Virus record (IMG/VR): IMGVR_UViG_3300005512_000003
Source: a virus
Taxonomy: Duplodnaviria; Caudoviricetes
Reading direction: 5' to 3' (one strand)
DNA: 64,000 nucleotides
A program made the translations under genes and the position numbers. The notes beneath the pieces are model-generated. The model was not told where the DNA came from. It ran no database searches and saw only the letters and a program-made list of their open reading frames with translations. Position 1 is the stretch's first letter; every line of letters begins with the position of its first letter. Positions 56,863-64,000 of the stretch are shown here, one piece after another.

Positions 56863-57447
56863 ATGGCAATATCAGCATTTGATTCGCAAATACAGAATAG
56901 AAACTTTTTGCAACCTACTGGGTTTAAGTTTACGCTCAATAGGAGTCCAAAAACATCATTCTTTTGCCAATCAGCGAACATTCCAGGAATGACTCTTGGA
57001 GTTGCCGCTCAACCATCATACTTGAGAGATATTCCAACACCTGGAGATAAGATTGAGTTTGAAGATTTAAATCTTCGTTTTTTGGTTGATGAAAATTTAG
57101 AAAACTATATGGAGATCTATACTTGGATTAGAGGTTTAGGTTTTCCAGAATCACTACAAGAAATATACGACTTACAGACTGAACGCAAGAGAAAGTATCA
57201 AGATAAAAGAGGTATAAACGATGTAGATGGAATGGATATCTATTCCGATGGAACTCTTATGGTTTTGAACAGTACACAAAACCTAGAATTTAAGGTTGCA
57301 TTTGAAGATTTATTTCCCTACAGTTTGTCAACTATTCAGTTCGATGCTACAGATACTGAGATAGAATACTTTACAGCAGAGGTCACTTTCAAGTATACTA
57401 TATTCCATATAGTCGATACTCAAAATAAACGATTGCACCCTAGATGA
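56863..57447 (+). CDS. g3: tail completion protein gp3
   Basis: NRNFL.P.GF.F..PGDKI.FEDL..FLVDENL.NY. Confidence 0.9.
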   Translation: MAISAFDSQIQNRNFLQPTGFKFTLNRSPKTSFFCQSANIPGMTLGVAAQPSYLRDIPTPGDKIEFEDLNLRFLVDENLENYMEIYTWIRGLGFPESLQEIYDLQTERKRKYQDKRGINDVDGMDIYSDGTLMVLNSTQNLEFKVAFEDLFPYSLSTIQFDATDTEIEYFTAEVTFKYTIFHIVDTQNKRLHPR

Positions 57448-57881
57448 TTGATCTTGATTCGATTCAAAGTATGTGGTTAAAAGATTCGTCCATGGATATG
57501 GACAATCTACACGAAGAGTCAACTCTTAAGACAAACGCACTTCACGCCAAATACTTTGAAATATATAATAACATTCAACTTCTAAAAAAGAAAGCAGAAC
57601 AACAGAAGAAAAATATTCGCCATCAGAGGTATGAATATTATTCTGGAAAAGCAGATCCTGATGTTTACATTGAGGATCCCTTTCCGAAGAAGATTCGTGA
57701 TAAAGACACGATGCAAAAATATCTTGATGCTGACGAAAAACTTTCAAACGTTAGTATGAAAATCGAATACTATGATGTAATGCTTAACTACATTGAGAGT
57801 ATTCTTAGACAAATATCTAATCGCACATATCAGATTAAAAATGCGATTGACTTTATGAAGTTTCAGGCAGGACTTGGTTAA
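57444..57881 (+). CDS. uvsY: recombination mediator UvsY
   Basis: LHAKY..YEYYSGKA..RTYQIKNAI.F.KFQAG. Confidence 0.9.
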   Translation: MIDLDSIQSMWLKDSSMDMDNLHEESTLKTNALHAKYFEIYNNIQLLKKKAEQQKKNIRHQRYEYYSGKADPDVYIEDPFPKKIRDKDTMQKYLDADEKLSNVSMKIEYYDVMLNYIESILRQISNRTYQIKNAIDFMKFQAGLG

Positions 57882-58510
57882 TGAAAGGTAGAGAAGCAGA
57901 CTATCCAAATCATGGATGGATCATCACAAAACTAGATCAAGAACATATTGATTTTCTCTGGAAAGCAGTAAAAAATAAAAAGGATTCTCTCAAATGGGAT
58001 TTGATCGGAAATATTTCTGGTAGTTATATCATTGAGGATAAAGATCATTATTTTTTCAATGAGGTTTTATCTCAACACGTAGAAGCATATAAAAAACTTT
58101 ATCAATCTGAACCGATTAGACAATATGCTTATAGTGAAAGTAATGAAGCAAAATTACAACTAGGAAACTTTTGGGTAAACTACCAAAACAAACACGAGTT
58201 TAATCCATATCATCATCACGGTGGGGTCTATTCCTTTGTAGTGTGGATGAAAATTCCTACTCACTGGAAAGATCAACACAAACTTGAGTTTTTAAATGGA
58301 GTAAAAGAAGACGACAAGAAGGCAGGAAACTTTGAGTTTGAGTACCTTGATATTCTTGGAAATATTCGCAACTTTGGGTACAGAATGGAACCAGACCTTG
58401 AAGGAACTATGCTATTCTTCCCAGCATCTCTGAGACATACGGTATATCCCTTCTATGATTGCGACGAACAACGAATTTCGATCTCTGGAAATCTAGTTGT
58501 AACTGTGTGA
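57881..58510 (+). CDS. putative 2OG-Fe(II) oxygenase
   Basis: WVN..NPYHHHG..SFVVW..GTMLFFPASLRHTVYP..RISISGN. Confidence 0.8.
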   Translation: MKGREADYPNHGWIITKLDQEHIDFLWKAVKNKKDSLKWDLIGNISGSYIIEDKDHYFFNEVLSQHVEAYKKLYQSEPIRQYAYSESNEAKLQLGNFWVNYQNKHEFNPYHHHGGVYSFVVWMKIPTHWKDQHKLEFLNGVKEDDKKAGNFEFEYLDILGNIRNFGYRMEPDLEGTMLFFPASLRHTVYPFYDCDEQRISISGNLVVTV

Positions 58511-58538
58511 GTAAATAGTAGTATGATGCATTGAAAAT

Positions 58539-60008
58539 GTGAATACTACAGATCTAGTCATCTCTAAATCAAACGAAGTCTTTCTCAAGATCTCTACAGA
58601 ACCACACATCGAATATGAGTTAAGAGACCACTTTAAGTTTGAGGTCCCTAATGCTAAGTTTATGCCACAGTATCGTGGTAGGAATTGGAATGGAGAGATT
58701 CATCTATTTGATATGAGATCAAAGCAGATCTATATTGGTCTGTTGGATAAGGTTGTAAGTTTTTGTAAGCAATACGGATATAGTTACAGTTTTCAGGACA
58801 ATAAGTTCTACGGTCTTCCCTATGAAGAGAATGAACACATCTCTGAGGAAGGTGTCAAGGATTACATGCACTCCATATGTGCCCATACTCCCAGGAAATA
58901 CCAGATTGAGGGAGTATATGGTGCCCTAAAGCATAATAGAAAACTATTGATATCTCCCACTGCTTCTGGCAAATCGTTGATGATCTATTCTCTCGTAAGA
59001 TATTATGTTGACAAAGGGCAAAAAATTCTCTTAGTTGTTCCGACGACATCTCTCGTAGAACAGATGTATAAAGATTTTCTTGATTATGGTTGGAATGCTG
59101 ATTCATATTGCCACCGTATTTACTCAGGTAGGGAAAAGACTAATGATGCACCAGTTACAATCACGACGTGGCAATCAATCTATAAGTTAGATCGTTCTTT
59201 CTTTGAGGATTTCAATGTTGTGATTGGTGATGAGGCTCACTTGTTCAAAAGTAAGTCTCTAATATCTATTATGACGAAGTTACACCATGCTAAGTATAGA
59301 TTCGGGTTCACAGGAACTTTAGACGGCACACAGACGCATAAGTGGGTGTTAGAGGGACTGTTTGGACCGTCATACAAGGTTACCAGAACATCGGAGTTAA
59401 TGCAACAGGGACATCTCTCAAAGTTAGATATTAACTGCCTAGTTTTGAAGCATACTCCACGTAAGTTTGAGACATACAATGATGAGATTGAATATTTGAT
59501 TTCACATTCTCAAAGGAATAAGTTTATCACAAATCTGACGCTTGATCTTAAAGGAAATACTTTGGTTCTTTTCAGTAGAGTTGCTGCTCATGGAGAACCA
59601 CTTTTTGAAATGATAAATAAATTCAAAGGCGGTGATCGTAAAGTATTTTTTGTTCACGGTGGCGTTGACACAGAGGATCGAGAACAAGTTCGGGAAATCA
59701 CTGAAAGAGAATCAAACGCTATTATTGTCGCCTCTTACGGAACCTTTTCAACTGGCATTAACATCAAAAACTTACATAACGTTATTTTTGCATCTCCTAG
59801 TAAATCAAGAGTAAGAAACTTACAATCAATCGGGAGAGTCCTCAGAAAAGGTAAAAACAAAACAAAAGCAATATTGTATGACATCGGTGACGACTGTACA
59901 CACAACTCAAAAAAGAACTACACTCTTAACCATTTGATTGAAAGAATCAAAATCTACAATGAAGAAAATTTCAACTATGATATTGTTACGATAAACTTAA
60001 AAGACTAG
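58539..60008 (+). CDS. uvsW: SF2 helicase UvsW
   Basis: SPTASGKS, DEAH, TGT, QSIGRVLR. Confidence 0.97.
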   Translation: MNTTDLVISKSNEVFLKISTEPHIEYELRDHFKFEVPNAKFMPQYRGRNWNGEIHLFDMRSKQIYIGLLDKVVSFCKQYGYSYSFQDNKFYGLPYEENEHISEEGVKDYMHSICAHTPRKYQIEGVYGALKHNRKLLISPTASGKSLMIYSLVRYYVDKGQKILLVVPTTSLVEQMYKDFLDYGWNADSYCHRIYSGREKTNDAPVTITTWQSIYKLDRSFFEDFNVVIGDEAHLFKSKSLISIMTKLHHAKYRFGFTGTLDGTQTHKWVLEGLFGPSYKVTRTSELMQQGHLSKLDINCLVLKHTPRKFETYNDEIEYLISHSQRNKFITNLTLDLKGNTLVLFSRVAAHGEPLFEMINKFKGGDRKVFFVHGGVDTEDREQVREITERESNAIIVASYGTFSTGINIKNLHNVIFASPSKSRVRNLQSIGRVLRKGKNKTKAILYDIGDDCTHNSKKNYTLNHLIERIKIYNEENFNYDIVTINLKD

Positions 60009-60017
60009 GAGGTCTTT

Positions 60018-60419
60018 ATGGGAATAGAAGACGATTTTTACGCAACTATCAAACTAGTATCAGGTGAAGAGATCTTTGCCAAAGTTGCTGCTTCTGAAGA
60101 AGAAGATCGCACTGTATTACTTCTTTCCAGTCCCATCACCATTGGTGAGATCAAAAATAGAATGGGAGTAGTCGGATATAAGGTAGAGCCTTGGTTGAAA
60201 ACAACCAAGGATGACTTATTCGTCATCACTATGGATAAAGTTTTAACTATGTCTGAGACTGATGATATTGATATGATTATGATGTACCAAAGATTCTTGA
60301 AAGACTCTACAGGAGATTCAGATCCAGTTGCATCATCTAAACTCTCTAGAGAAATGGGTCTTTTGGGGAATATTGACGATACGAAGAAGAGACTAGAGAA
60401 ACTCTTTAAGAGTAGTTAA
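60018..60419 (+). CDS. conserved hypothetical protein
   Basis: IKLVSGEEI..PW; lies between uvsW and g55. Confidence 0.75.
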   Translation: MGIEDDFYATIKLVSGEEIFAKVAASEEEDRTVLLLSSPITIGEIKNRMGVVGYKVEPWLKTTKDDLFVITMDKVLTMSETDDIDMIMMYQRFLKDSTGDSDPVASSKLSREMGLLGNIDDTKKRLEKLFKSS

Positions 60420-60454
60420 TAACTTAAAGCTTCTCTATCAACCCTAGCAAAGGT

Positions 60455-60484
60455 ATTATAGTCATATTTGAGTACCCTTGTCAA
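60455..60484 (-). promoter_or_regulatory. antisense sigma70-type promoter
   Basis: Minus strand TTGACA-N18-TATAAT. Confidence 0.65.
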
Positions 60485-60487
60485 CTC

Positions 60488-60516
60488 TTGTCAGTTATTG
60501 AGAACATTGGTATAAT
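60488..60516 (+). promoter_or_regulatory. sigma70-type promoter for g55
   Basis: TTGTCA-N17-TATAAT with TG extension. Confidence 0.8.
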
Positions 60517-60542
60517 ATTGATATTATAAATCAGATATATTA

Positions 60543-61085
60543 ATGATTACCTCCCCTACAACAATGCCACGCAGAAAAAGATCCGAACATTACGTCAATA
60601 ACAAAGAATTTCTAGAAGCATTGGTTCTTCATAGGAAGAAGGTAGAAGAGAACTTTTATGCTCAGTTTGGTAGAGAACCTACCAAAGAAGACAGAGCAAA
60701 ACGATGGGAAGGAAAACCACCCATCTCTAACTACCTTGGAGAGTGCTTCCTGAAGATTGCTACTCACCTGTCATTCAAACCAAACTTTGTGAACTACATG
60801 TTCAAAGATGATATGGTCTGTGATGGCATTGAGAACTGCGTGCTGTATGTCCATAACTTCGATCCTAGTAAGTCTTCCAACCCATTTGCTTACTTCACTC
60901 AGATTATTCACTACGCCTTCTTGAGACGCATTCAGAAGGAGAAGAAGCAACTGGAGATCAAGAACAAGATCCTTGAAAGGACTGGTTATGAAGAGGTGTT
61001 TGTAGACAACAATACCATTGACGGAAACAACTATTCCGACTACAATAGCATTAAAGATGCGATTCACTCTAAACTCCGTTATTGA
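60543..61085 (+). CDS. g55: late sigma factor gp55
   Basis: HYVNNKEFL..NFVNY..NPFAYFTQI..AFLRRIQKEK. Confidence 0.95.
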   Translation: MITSPTTMPRRKRSEHYVNNKEFLEALVLHRKKVEENFYAQFGREPTKEDRAKRWEGKPPISNYLGECFLKIATHLSFKPNFVNYMFKDDMVCDGIENCVLYVHNFDPSKSSNPFAYFTQIIHYAFLRRIQKEKKQLEIKNKILERTGYEEVFVDNNTIDGNNYSDYNSIKDAIHSKLRY

Positions 61086-62134
61086 TGAAAGTTGCTATTA
61101 TTACGGACCAGCATTTCGGGTGCCGTAAAAACTCAAAGTTGTTTCACGATTATTTCTTACAATTTTATAATGATGTATTTTTTCCCGCTTTAGAGCGGGA
61201 AAGTATTAAGACCGTCATCGATATGGGTGACACTTTTGATTCAAGAAAGGGTATTGATTTTGCTGCGCTTTCTTGGGCAAAGAAATACTACTATGACCGT
61301 CTTCAGCAGATGGGAGTTACAGTGATTACTGTGGTGGGTAATCATACGGCATATTACAAAAATACGAATGAAGTCAATGCAATTGATCTGTTGCTTCGTG
61401 AGTATGAAAATGTAGTAGTTGTCTCAAAACCAACGGAACTTAAAGTTGGAGACCTGAAAGTTTTATTCGTTCCTTGGATCAATCAAGAGAATGAAAAGGA
61501 AACGACCGAAATGATTCAAAGTACAAATAGTACTTGTGTTATGGGTCACCTTGAACTCAAAGGATTCAACGCAAATAAGTTCTGCGTTATGGAGCATGGA
61601 TATGAAAGCAGACTGTTTGAAAAGTTTGATCTAGTTCTTTCTGGTCACTATCACACTCGTAGTCAAAAAGAGAACGTAAGGTATCTTGGAAACCCATACG
61701 AGATCTACTGGACTGATGTTGATGATGATAGGGGATTTCATTTCTTTGAATCCAAAACCTTAGAACTTACAACAGTGAACAATCCTTACAAGATGTTCCA
61801 TAAGATCTTTTATGAAGACACCAACTACAAACTCTTTGATGCTAAAAAGTACGAAGGTAAGATTGTTAAGGTAATCGTTCGTAAAAAATCTGATAGCAAG
61901 ATATTTGAAAAGTTTGTTGATAAACTGTACACTTCAAACATCGCTGAACTTAAGGTAGTTGAAAATACTGATTTCGGTGGATACTTTATGGGAGAGGAAA
62001 CCGAATCCCTTGAGTCAGAAGACACCATGTCTATCCTTAATAGATATATACAAGACTCGGAAATCGACCTTGATAAATCTATTATTCAGGGAGTAATGCA
62101 AGAGATCTATCAGGAAGCTTGCGAAATGGTTTAA
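61082..62134 (+). CDS. g47: recombination endonuclease gp47 (Mre11/SbcD-like)
   Basis: TDQHFG, GDTFD, GNH, SGHYH. Confidence 0.95.
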   Translation: MMKVAIITDQHFGCRKNSKLFHDYFLQFYNDVFFPALERESIKTVIDMGDTFDSRKGIDFAALSWAKKYYYDRLQQMGVTVITVVGNHTAYYKNTNEVNAIDLLLREYENVVVVSKPTELKVGDLKVLFVPWINQENEKETTEMIQSTNSTCVMGHLELKGFNANKFCVMEHGYESRLFEKFDLVLSGHYHTRSQKENVRYLGNPYEIYWTDVDDDRGFHFFESKTLELTTVNNPYKMFHKIFYEDTNYKLFDAKKYEGKIVKVIVRKKSDSKIFEKFVDKLYTSNIAELKVVENTDFGGYFMGEETESLESEDTMSILNRYIQDSEIDLDKSIIQGVMQEIYQEACEMV

Positions 62135-62136
62135 AA

Positions 62137-62427
62137 ATGCTACATATTCTAACTATTGATGGACAAGAGGAAGAAGGAGCGTATTCTGTCGCAGACTCTC
62201 TAGGAGAAAAAATTCTCTATATCTGGGAAGAAGAAGACGATGCTGTTCGTTTTGCCATGATGTTAGAAGAAGATGGATATCCAGAAATGAACGTTCTCGA
62301 AGTAGAGGACGAAGTGTTACTGAAGACTTGCGAAATGCATGAGTATCAGTATACAATAATAACCAAGAATGACTTTGTGATCCCCCCGAACCAAGATAAT
62401 GATTCTGTTCAAAAAGATTCGATTTAA
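62137..62427 (+). CDS. conserved hypothetical protein
   Basis: ORF 62119..62427, ATG at 62137. Confidence 0.7.
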   Translation: MLHILTIDGQEEEGAYSVADSLGEKILYIWEEEDDAVRFAMMLEEDGYPEMNVLEVEDEVLLKTCEMHEYQYTIITKNDFVIPPNQDNDSVQKDSI

Positions 62428-64000
62428 AAACTTTTTATCTACAGGAAACCAGTTTACCGAGTTCAACCTTACTGAAAATACCACCACTCTGATTATTGGG
62501 ACTAACGGTGCTGGTAAATCAACGGTTCTTGATGCACTAACGTTTGCTCTGTTTGGGAAACCCTTCCGCAAGATCAACAAACCTCAACTTCCAAATACAG
62601 TCAATGAAAAAGACTGTGTTGCGGAGGTTGAGTTTTCTATTGGAAGCATTGACTGGAAAGTCATTCGTGGAATCAAACCTAGTAAGTTTGAGATCTATCA
62701 GAATGGTAAACTTCTGGATCAAAGTGCTTCTGCTGTAGACCAGCAAAAGTGGTTGGAACAAGTAGTTCTGAAAATGAACTATAAGTCATTCACTCAAATT
62801 GTGATTCTTGGTAGCAGTAGTTTTGTTCCCTTCATGCAACTTACTGCTGCTAATCGTAGGGATGTGATTGAAGATCTTCTTGATATCAAGATCTTCTCTA
62901 CGATGAACACGATTATCAAAGAAAAACTTCGTCAAGTCAAAGATGAAGTTAGAACTCTTGAACTGTCCAAAGAGTCAGTCACTGAAAAGATGACTATGCA
63001 GCAAGACTTCATTGAAGAACTTGAGAGTAGGGGAAATGCCAATATTAATAACAATAAAGAAAAGATTGCCAAGTTAGATAAAGAAGTTGGTGAATATCTG
63101 AATAACAATACTGAGTTGAAGAAGAAGACTGAAGAACTTCAGCAGGAAGTTGAAAAGGTTACTGGCGCTGGAGATAAGTTAGTAAAACTAAACAATCTTA
63201 AGGGTAAAATCTCTCAGAAAGTAACGACGATTACTAAAGAGCATAAGTTTTTTAACGAAAATACGGTATGCCCTACTTGTACTCAGAGTATTGAAGAAGA
63301 GTTTAGGGTAAATAGAATTACAGACGCTCAAAATAAAGCAAAGGAGCTCAAGAAAGGTTACCAAGACCTGGAGGAGACAATACAGTTTGAGCAAGAACGA
63401 GAGCGTCAATTCCTTGCCCTATCTCAGGAGATTACAAACTTAACGCATGGCATTTCTCAAAACAATACTCGGATTTCCCTCAACCAGAGACAAGTCCGAG
63501 ATCTTGAACATGAAATTCAAACTATTACCGAGAACCTTGCAAACCGAAATTCTGAGCATGAGAAGCTAGCGGCGTTCAAGAAAAAACTGAATACTACCGA
63601 AACAGAACTAGAGTCTAAGAAAGACTCCTATCGTTATTACGATTTCTCATACGGACTACTTAAGGACGGTGGAGTTAAATCTCAAATCATTAAGAAGTAT
63701 CTACCGCTGATAAATCAGCAAGTCAATCGTTTCTTACAAATGATGGACTTTTACATCAACTTCAGTCTTGATGAAGAGTTTAACGAAACTGTCCAGTCCC
63801 CCATTCACGAAGATTTTTCATACGCATCATTCAGCGAAGGAGAAAAGATGCGTATCGACCTTGCTCTCTTGTTCACTTGGAGAGAGGTTGCAAAATATAA
63901 GAACTCAGTAAATACAAATCTTTTGATCATGGACGAAGTTTTTGATTCGTCTCTGGATGGATTTGGCACGGATGATTTCTTGAAGATTATCCGATTTGTA
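62399..64000 (+). CDS. g46: recombination ATPase gp46 (Rad50/SbcC-like), 3'-truncated
   Basis: Not in ORF track (no stop in window); MILFKKIRFKNFLS..GTNGAGKST, CPTC hook, FSEGEK, LIMDEVFD. Confidence 0.95.
   Translation, partial: MILFKKIRFKNFLSTGNQFTEFNLTENTTTLIIGTNGAGKSTVLDALTFALFGKPFRKINKPQLPNTVNEKDCVAEVEFSIGSIDWKVIRGIKPSKFEIYQNGKLLDQSASAVDQQKWLEQVVLKMNYKSFTQIVILGSSSFVPFMQLTAANRRDVIEDLLDIKIFSTMNTIIKEKLRQVKDEVRTLELSKESVTEKMTMQQDFIEELESRGNANINNNKEKIAKLDKEVGEYLNNNTELKKKTEELQQEVEKVTGAGDKLVKLNNLKGKISQKVTTITKEHKFFNENTVCPTCTQSIEEEFRVNRITDAQNKAKELKKGYQDLEETIQFEQERERQFLALSQEITNLTHGISQNNTRISLNQRQVRDLEHEIQTITENLANRNSEHEKLAAFKKKLNTTETELESKKDSYRYYDFSYGLLKDGGVKSQIIKKYLPLINQQVNRFLQMMDFYINFSLDEEFNETVQSPIHEDFSYASFSEGEKMRIDLALLFTWREVAKYKNSVNTNLLIMDEVFDSSLDGFGTDDFLKIIRFV

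Noticed and set aside
9064-58510. GT plus 2OG oxygenase as a base-J-like DNA hypermodification pathway
   Set aside because: The genes are 48 kb apart and the oxygenase lacks TET/JBP features; there is no supporting evidence in the window.
46352-60008. Introns or inteins in g17, g20, g23 or uvsW
   Set aside because: All are uninterrupted, of normal length and lack intein terminal motifs.
1-64000. tRNA/rRNA genes and photosynthesis AMGs
   Set aside because: No cloverleaf or T-loop context in the few intergenic gaps and no psbA/hli-type ORFs; cyanophage identity rests on synteny and protein style only.

Overview
This window is part of a T4-like (Tevenvirinae/Kyanoviridae-type) myovirus genome, most likely a cyanophage, and is coded almost entirely on the + strand. 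About 1-11.2 kb is an accessory/early region of small ORFs. About 11.2-57.4 kb is the virion module: g25-g6-g7-g8, VrlC-like proteins, g13-g14-g15-g16, an inserted fibre/head island, then g17-g18-g19-g20-g21-g22-g23-g3. About 57.4-64 kb holds uvsY, a 2OG-Fe(II) oxygenase, uvsW, g55, g47 and g46 (g46 runs off the window). The most unusual part is 2.7-8.8 kb, where two outward-pointing HNH endonuclease genes bracket three elements. (i) A 690-bp non-coding array of TCTCG-A-CGAGA palindromes interleaved with back-to-back sigma70 promoters. (ii) Repeated promoter cassettes driving small, very acidic proteins. (iii) An ArdA-like DNA-mimic gene directly followed by a compact EcoRI-family restriction endonuclease with no adjacent methyltransferase. 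AATT, the core read by EcoRI's GNAIER helix, is strongly under-represented in the stretches I counted by hand. All assignments come from motif and synteny recognition only; no searches were run.
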